A stretch of 64,000 bases of DNA from positions 152,044 through 216,043 of IMG/VR virus record IMGVR_UViG_3300032236_001859; one strand, given 5' to 3'. Below, piece after piece: positions 45,155 through 54,165 of this stretch. The notes below the pieces were generated by a model. That model had not been told where the DNA came from, did no database searches, and saw only the letters and a list, made by a program, of their open reading frames with translations. The stretch's first letter is position 1. Each line of letters opens with the position of its first letter. The position numbers were made by a program, and so were the translations under genes.

Positions 45155-45736
45155 TCAGCCTTCTTCGCTGTCGTCTTCCTCGGACTTATCACTCCCCATT
45201 GTCTTGTATAACAAGGCAGCGAGTAGGGCAGCGGCGCCGCCACCAAGGGCAATCTTGTCCCAGGGGAGGCCTTGGTCTGGCTTCGGCTTCCCGAGAACCC
45301 CGGAAGCCCCGGATAACGCGAGATCACGGACACCACGATAGGGGGCACCAGCCCAGGACTTGGCGTCGGGATCCTTGGGATCCCCTGATAACGCATCGGC
45401 GGTGGCCTGGGTGGCCTTGAGTGCTGGTGTCGCCGCGACACCAGCTGCGGTGCCGATGAGTGCATTCTTGGTCGCCGTGGTCTCTTTCGCAGGCGGGCTC
45501 ACCGGTGGTTTGGTGACTTGCCGGTTGGCATGCCAGCGCTTCGCTGCACTACCCAGGTTCAGGGCACCTTGGGTGCCCAGGGCAGTCATCGCCGCTGAAT
45601 TGGCTTCATCGTTGGAGGCCCCGCCGATTTGGTTGGCGGTGTAGGCGATACCCGCGGGAGCCACGGTACGCAGCGCGGTGTTACCCGTGCGCTGCAGGTC
45701 GGCTTGATTCCACCACTTCTTCACTGGGTTTTGCAT
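45155..45736 (-). CDS. Ala/Gly-rich protein with C-terminal TM and acidic tail
   Basis: AGGAG RBS before MQNPVKKWW; IALGGGAAALLAALLYK-acidic end resembles the C-terminus of 10382-11677. Confidence 0.55.
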   Translation of the reverse strand: MQNPVKKWWNQADLQRTGNTALRTVAPAGIAYTANQIGGASNDEANSAAMTALGTQGALNLGSAAKRWHANRQVTKPPVSPPAKETTATKNALIGTAAGVAATPALKATQATADALSGDPKDPDAKSWAGAPYRGVRDLALSGASGVLGKPKPDQGLPWDKIALGGGAAALLAALLYKTMGSDKSEEDDSEEG

Positions 45737-46370
45737 GCCGTGTTCTCCTGCTCCTGAGTCGACGACCATCTGGTCTGTAGAATCTCAGGATATGGTAGAC
45801 ACGCGCCGAGGATAGCCCCGAGGCCTGGGCGACCTTCCTGAGGCTCTTGAGATCCACGTAGAGGGTGTGGACCACCTTGATGTCATCGGCTTCACCGGGG
45901 AGCAGCGCCGGCCTCTTCAGCCCGAACTTCCGGGCGACATAGAAGATCGTTGAGGGTGCCTTGCCCAACTTATCAGCGATGTCCGACAAACGGTCTCCAG
46001 CGTCGAGACGTTCTTGGATCCACTTCAGGATGCCGGGGTCCATGGCACGCTTGGTGAACGCGTACTTGGCATGATACCCTGGGCCATGTTTGTAGTAGGC
46101 TGCACGAACACTGGTGAGCTTGTGCGCTGTTCTCACCGAGATGAGCTCGAGGTTCTGAGTCTTCGCGAACTCCGCAGCCCAGTCCTCTGGGGACATCGGC
46201 TGGGGTCTCGGCCGCTTCGGCTTCATAGGCTTCGATCTCTTGAGCTCACCAGGCAGGGGGCCTGGCTTCGAGAGATCGATGAAACCCTGGGGGAGCCCGG
46301 GGGCAGTGGTCACCGGGGCGTACAGGACCTTGTTGCCCTGTGGGCTCGGCTTACTGAGATCAATGGGCAT
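45681..46370 (-). CDS. DNA-binding protein with two HTH motifs
   Basis: RLSDIADKLGKAPSTIFYVARKFGL and SLRKVAQASGLSSARVYHIL. Confidence 0.65.
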   Translation of the reverse strand: MPIDLSKPSPQGNKVLYAPVTTAPGLPQGFIDLSKPGPLPGELKRSKPMKPKRPRPQPMSPEDWAAEFAKTQNLELISVRTAHKLTSVRAAYYKHGPGYHAKYAFTKRAMDPGILKWIQERLDAGDRLSDIADKLGKAPSTIFYVARKFGLKRPALLPGEADDIKVVHTLYVDLKSLRKVAQASGLSSARVYHILRFYRPDGRRLRSRRTRHAKPSEEVVESSRPAAHG

Positions 46371-46371
46371 C

Positions 46372-46668
46372 TCACCACTTCCCCAGGGGGCACTTGGATT
46401 CAGGGGGTGCTGTGATCTTGGAGACAAACCCATTTGCCTTGGCGCAGCGGCGGGCACGCACTGGGGCGGCAACCGGTGAGGATTCCACGCAGTCCGAACA
46501 TTTGGCGAGGCGGATCAAGATGGTGCCCTGATCGGAGTGACCAGGCCTGGGCGGCACCGGTGCCTGGGGCTGCGGTGCCGCCACCGAGCTCACCGCGATG
46601 ACAGCCTTGGTGATTGGACCGGGGCTAGATGTGCTCTGACCCCAAGGGGGCGGTGTTGTCGCTGGCAT
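46372..46668 (-). CDS. Small Cys-containing protein (RL..CxxC...C...CPLGKW)
   Basis: C-terminal KCPLGKW motif common in phage small Zn-binding proteins. Confidence 0.45.
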   Translation of the reverse strand: MPATTPPPWGQSTSSPGPITKAVIAVSSVAAPQPQAPVPPRPGHSDQGTILIRLAKCSDCVESSPVAAPVRARRCAKANGFVSKITAPPESKCPLGKW

Positions 46669-47002
46669 TGGATTGACCTCTGAGTGGGAGTTGAATCTTC
46701 TGAGCATGTACCTGGGCTGGGTCTGGCTTCAGTCCCTGTGCTAGGGCGGCACCAAATGCCTCATCCAGGGTTGGTAATGGTTTTGATTTCACAGCATTCT
46801 CAGATGCCTTCTCGAGATGCCGGGCGTAGTCCTCGGTGACCTCGATGGCCTTGAGCATGGGATACGTCGCACTGAGATCTCGACCAGCCTTGATGCCGTC
46901 CCCAATGGCCTGCCTGGCCAGGATCAGGAGCATCTGGAACTCCTTGTAGGTCGGAGCACGTGGCGTGGGCATATTGAGGATAGCGGGAGGAGGTGGGATC
47001 AT
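46625..47002 (-). CDS. Hypothetical protein, probably leaderless
   Basis: 125 aa; ATG 7 nt after a -10-like CATCCT; no RBS. Confidence 0.55.
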   Translation of the reverse strand: MIPPPPAILNMPTPRAPTYKEFQMLLILARQAIGDGIKAGRDLSATYPMLKAIEVTEDYARHLEKASENAVKSKPLPTLDEAFGAALAQGLKPDPAQVHAQKIQLPLRGQSNASDNTAPLGSEHI

Positions 47003-47009
47003 GGGCGTA

Positions 47010-47036
47010 AGGATGTCAGGGTTTACTGGGGGTCAA
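47010..47036 (-). promoter_or_regulatory. Short-spacer promoter TTGACC-N15-CATCCT with internal GTAAAC
   Basis: ATG 7 nt downstream. Confidence 0.6.
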
Positions 47037-47049
47037 GTCGGACCACCGC

Positions 47050-48048
47050 CTACAGCGGGGTTATCGAACCCGTGAGACCATCTGCGCTGACAATACACCT
47101 GTATTGGCGTGAGACGCTGCCAGATGGTGGATTCGGAACATTGTAAACCGCTAGGATGTTGCCCTGCGATCCCACCATGACGTCAGCTGAGTACGCAGGT
47201 GGACTGCGCCCACTAATGTGGCTTGTCGCCACCGTTATCGTGACATCTATGGCTATGCCGGGGCGTGTCACTGTATAGCCCACATAACCGTAATGCCGGG
47301 CCAGCGGGCCATTGGCAGCGCTTGGGCACGAGGACCCCACGACATCAAGACCAGTGATCACCTTAGTCGCGGAGTCACAACTAACACTGGACTGGACAGC
47401 GGGGACACGCCCACATCCAGACTCCAGAATCCATGGGGTACCATTGCCGATGTCGTACCTGATCTGCACGGTACCTGGGGTAACCACAAACCTCGTGAAA
47501 AACCTACCATCAACTGTGCGAGTAGTCGATACAGTTAAAGGTGCACCACCATATCCCCACACGCTAAGCGCAGCAGTGGATATCGCCCAGACTTCAACAT
47601 TGTCGCCGGGGCTGGCGTAGAAATTCTGTTCCCATGACGTCCCTGACTTAGTGAACGCCAGAGTACAGGCCTCAATACATTGTGTCGTGAAATCCCACGC
47701 AGTACCCGAGCCGCCCTCACAATTGGGGATCACGATGACACGAATCACTGTGGATCCCCCGGGGACATAGGCGTCCTTGACGAGACCGGTGACCCCAACA
47801 CATCCAGTATCAAAGAGCACGGTTCCCGAGATACCAGATACATCCGGAGAGCATGGCCCCACCGGGTTAGAGGTGACAACCACCCGGTCCTTCTGGGTGT
47901 ACGTGTTAATTGTAAACCGAATGATAGTTCCCGCTGGTGGTGCTGGATAATCCTGGCAGAACCCGGCGTCACCCCCTGACGAGTCCAAGAGGAGATCACA
48001 GATGTTCCCCCCTTTGCAACACGTACATGTCGAGGGCCACTTGATCAT
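47050..48048 (-). CDS. Cys-rich-N-terminus beta-sheet virion/tail protein
   Basis: MIKWPSTCTCCKGG start; ATGA coupling to the 682-aa gene. Confidence 0.55.
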   Translation of the reverse strand: MIKWPSTCTCCKGGNICDLLLDSSGGDAGFCQDYPAPPAGTIIRFTINTYTQKDRVVVTSNPVGPCSPDVSGISGTVLFDTGCVGVTGLVKDAYVPGGSTVIRVIVIPNCEGGSGTAWDFTTQCIEACTLAFTKSGTSWEQNFYASPGDNVEVWAISTAALSVWGYGGAPLTVSTTRTVDGRFFTRFVVTPGTVQIRYDIGNGTPWILESGCGRVPAVQSSVSCDSATKVITGLDVVGSSCPSAANGPLARHYGYVGYTVTRPGIAIDVTITVATSHISGRSPPAYSADVMVGSQGNILAVYNVPNPPSGSVSRQYRCIVSADGLTGSITPL

Positions 48049-50093
48049 GCGTACATCTCCGAGCACAGCACGATGATCTTCTTCACGGAGTCATCGCTGG
48101 AGTCGCAGATCTCGATCTCGCGGAACTTCAGGGGGAGCGAGGCCTCAGCATTGGCGTTGGCATTCAAGATGGCGGTGAGGTCATCGTGATTCAGGATCAG
48201 GGCGTCATCAAAGCTGGCCCCGGAGTCCGTGGTGTATCTCCAGGCCCAGTCATGTGCCTGGTACTCCTGGGCGATATCCCAGACCACCTTGCGGTATCGT
48301 TTGTCGTAGTCTCCGACCCCAGCGGGAGAATGCGATCCAAACTCGGGGCACGTGTACCACTTCATCACTGTGGTGTAGCCGTCCTGGACATTGACGAGGC
48401 CACCAATCATGGTGTTCCCGGGACCGAAATCGTTGCCCTTACTCACCGGGGTCCACGACAAACAGAAGTCCTGGAGTTCAGCGAAGTCGTAGGCATCCCC
48501 GATGCGGGCGTCGTCATCGTAATCCATGTAGAATACGAGCTGCCCAGGCCGGGTCGGCGCCGTGAAGTCGAGTTCAGGGATCGTGGTCTGATCAGGGTTC
48601 CCCGCGATGACGAGGTCGAGGCGCTTCATCACGAAGGCACGGCGTTCATAAAGCTCAGAGGTAAACCAGGCCATGACATCCCAGGCCTCGGGGGCCTGCC
48701 CAAGTGGGGCCTCAGGTGCGGTGCCCTGTTCCCCCGTGGGGAGATCCGCGGGATCCGGCATCACCGAGGGGCGATCACGGAATCTGAGTAATGCGGTGGC
48801 ATTGGTGGGGTCATTGTAGTAGAACCAATCGAATGCGATCTCGGCGAGATTGAAGGCTTCAGGGGATACCCCGGAGTCGACACCGTACCGCCAGGCCATG
48901 GCGTGCTCCACGGTGGGCTCCACCATCGCGCACCACCCCTTGGTGTAGTGGCGGAAGATGGGGCGTGTCATCACGGCGTTACCGGGTTGCTCCGAGGTCC
49001 ACATCCCTGGGCTGTGATCATCGGTGGGACCAGCCTCATAGTTCGCCGCGGGGTCCACGAAGTAAGTGGTGTGATCCTTGAGGGGGTGTGATGCCGGGTT
49101 GATCCAGAAGCGACCAGAGACCACCACGGCGACGTTGCCATCGGCTTCCTGGTCCGACCACAGGGCAACCCCGACTTCCTGCTGGGGATCCCTGACATTG
49201 ACGTTGGCAAACGTGGAGGCATCACAGCTCGCGAGTTCCCATATCGCGGGGACCACATCGGTCCTCCGCGTCATAATCGAGGGTTGCACGATATGGGCTG
49301 GGTTCTCCACATTGTTCACTGAACCCGGCTTCAACCTCAGGATCTTGGCATCAGGAGAACCCGAGGGTTTGATCGCCCAGACCGCGGTGTGATTCGTGGA
49401 TCCCGAGTCGACGTGGTGAATCATGGCGACCACTGGACTCCAGACCTGGAGGGGCGGCGCATGGTAATCATTCCAGCCATCGACGATAACGGGGTCACCC
49501 TCTGGGAAGTCAGTACCATCAGGAGTGAAGGCATCGGGGTAATAGCCCAGGGGCACCCGGGTCCCATCGGTTTCCTCACCCTTGTCGCCATACATGGAAC
49601 CATCGGGGGCAATGAAGGCGAGGCGTGCGTATCGCCCAGGGAAGACAACCCCAGGGCCAGCCTTGTTGGCCACCGCGAAGCTCTGATCGGGGACCACGGC
49701 TCCCGCACCACCACCGCCTAAGCCTAGGACAACTGCGTTAAATGTCGCCGAGGTGGGGATCTCCACACAGGTCACCCCAGTGTAATCCCTGTATAACCTG
49801 ATAACCAGAGAACCGGGTTCCCGGGCATGCGTGGGATCGATCTCATAGGTGCGCCGGCCTTCACCATCGACGCCTACGACGACATCCAGGGTTCCAAAGA
49901 AATAGATCGCGGCGGCATACCAGGGCATCGGGGAGCCCGTGGAGGACGTCACATGTGCGGGGATCCGGGTTGCCGTGAACTCCCCGCTGAGGACCTCGAG
50001 CTCGACCTCACATGGGGGATCGATGCCCACAGGGCTGGGGGCCACGGAATCACGAATCTTACCGGTGAGCCGGCCCAGGTAGACATCAGCCAT
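48045..50093 (-). CDS. Putative tail/baseplate-associated protein (682 aa)
   Basis: Internal duplication (AWRYGVDSG / AWRYTTDSG); C-terminal REIEICD..KKIIVLCS. Confidence 0.5.
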   Translation of the reverse strand: MADVYLGRLTGKIRDSVAPSPVGIDPPCEVELEVLSGEFTATRIPAHVTSSTGSPMPWYAAAIYFFGTLDVVVGVDGEGRRTYEIDPTHAREPGSLVIRLYRDYTGVTCVEIPTSATFNAVVLGLGGGGAGAVVPDQSFAVANKAGPGVVFPGRYARLAFIAPDGSMYGDKGEETDGTRVPLGYYPDAFTPDGTDFPEGDPVIVDGWNDYHAPPLQVWSPVVAMIHHVDSGSTNHTAVWAIKPSGSPDAKILRLKPGSVNNVENPAHIVQPSIMTRRTDVVPAIWELASCDASTFANVNVRDPQQEVGVALWSDQEADGNVAVVVSGRFWINPASHPLKDHTTYFVDPAANYEAGPTDDHSPGMWTSEQPGNAVMTRPIFRHYTKGWCAMVEPTVEHAMAWRYGVDSGVSPEAFNLAEIAFDWFYYNDPTNATALLRFRDRPSVMPDPADLPTGEQGTAPEAPLGQAPEAWDVMAWFTSELYERRAFVMKRLDLVIAGNPDQTTIPELDFTAPTRPGQLVFYMDYDDDARIGDAYDFAELQDFCLSWTPVSKGNDFGPGNTMIGGLVNVQDGYTTVMKWYTCPEFGSHSPAGVGDYDKRYRKVVWDIAQEYQAHDWAWRYTTDSGASFDDALILNHDDLTAILNANANAEASLPLKFREIEICDSSDDSVKKIIVLCSEMYA

Positions 50094-50111
50094 GTGAACC
50101 TCGTGGGGGCA

Positions 50112-51005
50112 TCATGGCGTTGTCTGCGTTGGGGACAACTCGGCGAGGGCAGCGCGGACCTCATCGCCATCCAGTGTAATCTTAATCGTGATGAGATCCT
50201 GGATCCCCGCGATGACATGGTAATCCCCGGTATCGGGGTCAGCCTGAATCCCCATTGGGAATACAACCTGTGCCAACTTCCGGTTCGGAAACGACTCTGG
50301 AGTCAGCTTTGTATTCTCAAATATCGCGGAGTTGTCGATGAACATGGGGGCATGGACCCCACCTGCGTTGTCCACAAACCCTAACCAGGCCTCGTAGACG
50401 AACCCACGGTAGTCAACCATGGTTGTGGTATGAAACGCGGCCAGAGACCAGTGCTCATTGAGCCTAACAGGTACGGAGCCCCCGCGAAGATCGATCTCCA
50501 GGGGTTCAGCGAGACGCACGATGAGATCGGGGTGCTCCCATGTCATGACCTCACGCCTCCCCGGGTGGTAGATGATAACCCTCTCATGAGGTATCAAGTT
50601 CTTGTGGCTGACACCTTCGGGGCGTGGGATCTCCTGAATCCTGCCTATACGTGCCCCCAAGAGATCCAGGGGGGCATAGCGCTGCCCCCAGATCACGTTG
50701 CCACGGGGACCCCGGCGAGTCGCATACGCCCAGATCACGGAGAGGCCATGCTCAGGGTGAATGAATGGTCTGAAGTCATGGGGGCCCATGCCGCCGGCTT
50801 CACCGAGATCGATGACCTTGGGGATCTCGTAGGGTCCGAGGTGACGAGGATGCACCCTGGCGAGGACGAACCCACGAGGTCCGAGCTCGGGGCGCACACG
50901 TGCGGTGACAACACCGGTGCATTCGCCGACCTCGAGGAATCCCATGTTGTACTCGCAGACCCCAGAACGAATCCGCGTCCACCGAGTAGGATTGATGATC
51001 TTCAT
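50112..51005 (-). CDS. GH130-like five-bladed beta-propeller glycosidase/phosphorylase
   Basis: HKN..P, LRGGS.P, LAAFH, VVFPMGI, YHVIAGIQD pattern. Confidence 0.55.
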   Translation of the reverse strand: MKIINPTRWTRIRSGVCEYNMGFLEVGECTGVVTARVRPELGPRGFVLARVHPRHLGPYEIPKVIDLGEAGGMGPHDFRPFIHPEHGLSVIWAYATRRGPRGNVIWGQRYAPLDLLGARIGRIQEIPRPEGVSHKNLIPHERVIIYHPGRREVMTWEHPDLIVRLAEPLEIDLRGGSVPVRLNEHWSLAAFHTTTMVDYRGFVYEAWLGFVDNAGGVHAPMFIDNSAIFENTKLTPESFPNRKLAQVVFPMGIQADPDTGDYHVIAGIQDLITIKITLDGDEVRAALAELSPTQTTP

Positions 51006-51011
51006 GGCGGC

Positions 51012-51200
51012 CTACAGCGGGGTGCCATCAGCGTTGAGGATCTCCATGGCGACGACCACGTAGGAGACGCCATCATGGAACCTGGTGGTGAGTAGGCAAT
51101 CATTGACCACGTAGTCCTCTATGACCGTTATCTTCACTGGTAAGGGGACATGGGTGCTGAAGTCCTGCTGGGTGGACAGGAGAGTGAGCTTGGTCTTCAT
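51012..51200 (-). CDS. Small hypothetical protein
   Basis: 62 aa; AAGGA RBS. Confidence 0.5.
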   Translation of the reverse strand: MKTKLTLLSTQQDFSTHVPLPVKITVIEDYVVNDCLLTTRFHDGVSYVVVAMEILNADGTPL

Positions 51201-51258
51201 GGGTCATCCTTGGGTGGCACGTAAGTCATCCAGTCCCGGTACTTGTCACAGCAGGACT

Positions 51259-51579
51259 TCAGGGCATCTCGCAGTTTGTAGGCGAGGTCGCGGAAGTAGG
51301 CGAGGGCGTCGCAGATGTTGAACATGATTTCTCCTTGGCGTATTTCTTATGGAGGCAGACAAGAGAGATAGCGAGTGCTGCCAGCGCCAGGGACAGGCTG
51401 GCAAGGGCGAGCCCCCTGGCGATCTCAGCGTTCGTATTGAACCAGTGCCCCTTGATCCCCTCGATCTCGAACCAGTGATCGCGACGCCCACAGCGCTGGC
51501 ACTCCCTGTACTTGAGGCGGCATGTCGTGGGTTGGAAGACAACCCAGTCATGACGGCCGAAGAAGCATTTGAGATTCAT
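51259..51579 (-). CDS. Zn-ribbon (C..GxHxW...CxRCG) plus TM protein
   Basis: CFFGRHDW..RECQRCG (DUF1660-like as recalled); hydrophobic C-terminal helix. Confidence 0.6.
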   Translation of the reverse strand: MNLKCFFGRHDWVVFQPTTCRLKYRECQRCGRRDHWFEIEGIKGHWFNTNAEIARGLALASLSLALAALAISLVCLHKKYAKEKSCSTSATPSPTSATSPTNCEMP

Positions 51580-51722
51580 TTTGGCACCTCATCAGTGACC
51601 ACATAACCGATGTGCAGGCGTCCCGTGAGCACCCATCGGGGGACACAGATCAAGGCCTGGTACAGGCGCACCCACAAGGGGCGGTTATCCACCAGGAAGA
51701 ATGGGAAGGTTTTAATTGGCAT
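51576..51722 (-). CDS. Very small hypothetical protein
   Basis: 48 aa from MPIKTF; ATGA coupling downstream. Confidence 0.4.
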   Translation of the reverse strand: MPIKTFPFFLVDNRPLWVRLYQALICVPRWVLTGRLHIGYVVTDEVPK

Positions 51723-51724
51723 GG

Positions 51725-52024
51725 TTACCCCACGAGGTATTCGATGGCGTCCCTGGCGGCTTGTGGCCCCCAGAGGACGAGGTGAAAGAATCCGAAGCCC
51801 AGGGCTCCAGTGCAGGCCAGTGCGGCGCCGAGGTGCCACAGCGGCGCCAGGATGATCTCAGCGGTGGTCGTCGTATTGATGTAGTCCTCGTGGCAAGGTG
51901 GCCCCGTGAAGATCATGAGGCTACGACCACAGGCCACGGCGAAGAAGGCGAGGACAAGCATGGGCCACATCAGGGCGCCCAATATGAACCGTGTGATCCC
52001 CAGGATGAGTTGGTGAGTCGTCAT
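51725..52024 (-). CDS. Small membrane protein
   Basis: Two hydrophobic segments; ATGA coupling at MTTHQL. Confidence 0.55.
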   Translation of the reverse strand: MTTHQLILGITRFILGALMWPMLVLAFFAVACGRSLMIFTGPPCHEDYINTTTTAEIILAPLWHLGAALACTGALGFGFFHLVLWGPQAARDAIEYLVG

Positions 52025-52341
52025 GGCTTCTCTGCCTGCACTGGTTGAGGTTTCGGGGTACTCAAGCACAGGATAGGGGCGATGCAGAGGAAGGCGAAGA
52101 AGGCCAACACGAACACCAGGATCATGATGACCTTCCAGGTCGGGGTCTCATAGCCGACATCACGCCAGCAGCCCAGCTCGGAGCCCCCGTACCCTGGTAA
52201 CCAGGACTGGACACGACCACAGCGCGTGCACACCCGGATAGGGGGATCATATGGCGCCCCGTGGAAGGGAAAACTATCCGCTGCGGTGCGTGGGCGTGAC
52301 TGCTCCCATTTGTGGATGCCGAGGCAACAGAGTAGGCTCAT
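52021..52341 (-). CDS. Zn-ribbon (C..GxHxW...CxRCG) plus TM protein, paralog of 51259-51579
   Basis: CCLGIHKW..RVCTRCG; VIMILVFVLAFFAFLCIAPILC TM. Confidence 0.6.
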   Translation of the reverse strand: MSLLCCLGIHKWEQSRPRTAADSFPFHGAPYDPPIRVCTRCGRVQSWLPGYGGSELGCWRDVGYETPTWKVIMILVFVLAFFAFLCIAPILCLSTPKPQPVQAEKP

Positions 52342-52988
52342 CCCTGGACTCCTTCTGAGGCTTCACGATTCACGAGTTCGGCATTGGAGACCATGGGGAA
52401 CCCTGGGATCACGCTACGACGGCGGGTCACCGCGATGACTTGCCAGGCCACGTTTTCCTCGTTGTTGTAGTCCACCATGATGTAGAGGTGATCTACGGCG
52501 AGGCAGCACCCGATCTCTCTCCAGAACGCATCGATATCTGGAAACATGTCATCAAGTGGAAGCATGTAGGCTTGGGCACGGTTGTTTTCGGTGAGCTGAC
52601 AAAACTCGGATCGTGCCTTTAGGTAGACATTGCTGAAGAAGACCTGCTTGTCCTTGAGGTCGCCTACCAGGAATGGCAACACGACATTCCGGATGTGCTC
52701 GGCGAAACATTGACCGGGGTCCCTGCGCACCTGAATCATGGATGTCGCCGGCGTGAACGCGAATCGCTCCCTCTCCAATAGCAGCGCTTTGTTACGCATG
52801 GCCACCCAGGTGTCCACCAAGGTCTTCTTGTCAGGCGCATGCCGAGTAAATGCCATCTCGAGGGCGTGAAGTTTATGGCAGGAATTGATCGCACCCTCGA
52901 AGCCGAGGTAGCCGCCTCCGCCGTGCCCGGGGTCTGGTCTGTGATCATCGAGGACATTCTTGATGGCAATGTAGAGGTCTGGGGTCAT
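52338..52988 (-). CDS. Hypothetical protein, paralog family A
   Basis: AGGAG RBS at MTPDLY; shared N-terminal module. Confidence 0.6.
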   Translation of the reverse strand: MTPDLYIAIKNVLDDHRPDPGHGGGGYLGFEGAINSCHKLHALEMAFTRHAPDKKTLVDTWVAMRNKALLLERERFAFTPATSMIQVRRDPGQCFAEHIRNVVLPFLVGDLKDKQVFFSNVYLKARSEFCQLTENNRAQAYMLPLDDMFPDIDAFWREIGCCLAVDHLYIMVDYNNEENVAWQVIAVTRRRSVIPGFPMVSNAELVNREASEGVQG

Positions 52989-53761
52989 TTGATATCTCCT
53001 TGGGTGGGGTTGGTGTGTGTCTCGGCGTCTGGGCGTATCCATGAGGAAACCCGACGCACGGTTTCAGGGCTGAAGTTGACCTCGACTTCCGCGGGGGCTT
53101 CACCGTTGATGGTTTGGCAACTCACGTGCACGGGGCGGGTGACAACGGGCACATCCCCGTTAGGGCTAGGGTTTCCGAGATCAGGGGCGACAACGATGCG
53201 CTGAGTGTTCTCAATGACGAGAACGAGGCACCACTGCAGCATCATGGGATTCCTGGGGTCCACAAAGAGAACAGCTTGACGAAGCCTGGTCGGGTACCCA
53301 AGCCTTCCCACCGCAGCGGCGATCTCGGGGGCACACATGGCTACCATCCGGCGTGACATCTCACTGGGGTCATTGGAATCCCAGGGATCCCTGGTGTTCC
53401 AGGTGTCCTTGGCGTAGACCTCAGAGCGCAGTGCACGCGTGAATGGTCTCCCGAGCCCAGAGTAATCCATGCAGAAGGCGTCTACACATGTCCTGATATT
53501 GTGGGGGTTATCGAATGCGGCCTGAGGCATCTCAACAGTGAAATCCTGGAGATCCATGCCAGTATCCTTGAACTCCTTGACGATCCACGCCGACAGGGCC
53601 TCACGGGAAGACCCCAGGTGGTGCCGGTAGGCGTCATGGAGATCGACGAGGAGCCCAACCATGTTGGCGGCCCTGAGCTCTGGGGCCGGGTACACATAGT
53701 TGCCGTGGCTCTTGTGGGCGTTGAGGATGGCTTCGATGGAATCACGGAGGCGGGTACTCAT
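52985..53761 (-). CDS. Hypothetical protein, paralog family A
   Basis: ATGA coupling on both sides; shared N-terminal module. Confidence 0.6.
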   Translation of the reverse strand: MSTRLRDSIEAILNAHKSHGNYVYPAPELRAANMVGLLVDLHDAYRHHLGSSREALSAWIVKEFKDTGMDLQDFTVEMPQAAFDNPHNIRTCVDAFCMDYSGLGRPFTRALRSEVYAKDTWNTRDPWDSNDPSEMSRRMVAMCAPEIAAAVGRLGYPTRLRQAVLFVDPRNPMMLQWCLVLVIENTQRIVVAPDLGNPSPNGDVPVVTRPVHVSCQTINGEAPAEVEVNFSPETVRRVSSWIRPDAETHTNPTQGDIK

Positions 53762-54165
53762 GACTTCGCCTTCCTTTGCTCACGTAGCGCAAAAATAATG
53801 GAATCAAAGTAACCCTTGTTGTTGGCGATGTCCTCGGCCTCAGCCTCTGCGGCTTCCTCGAGACGTGCGAGTAGAACGCGGGTGTCTTCACCACATAGGA
53901 CCTGCTGGGGGCCATGCGAGGTGTCGTTGACCACGAAGCCGGCCAATAAGGCGCTTGACGCCGAGATTAGCGCCTGAAATGTAGGCGTGGTATCTGCGAG
54001 AAGGATGGCTAAATTTACGGCGGTATCCAGGCCATGCAGCCTCGCACATGACTCCGAACCATCCAAGACTTGACCCGGGGCGTCATAGGGCTCCGGGGGC
54101 ATCGTATAGTTCGAGATGACTAAGCTAACTGCCTTGAGCAGGGTTAGGCGGGTATCTAAACTCAT
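53758..54165 (-). CDS. Hypothetical protein, paralog family A (short)
   Basis: Start re-called at MSLDTRL (ATGA overlap). Confidence 0.55.
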   Translation of the reverse strand: MSLDTRLTLLKAVSLVISNYTMPPEPYDAPGQVLDGSESCARLHGLDTAVNLAILLADTTPTFQALISASSALLAGFVVNDTSHGPQQVLCGEDTRVLLARLEEAAEAEAEDIANNKGYFDSIIFALREQRKAKS

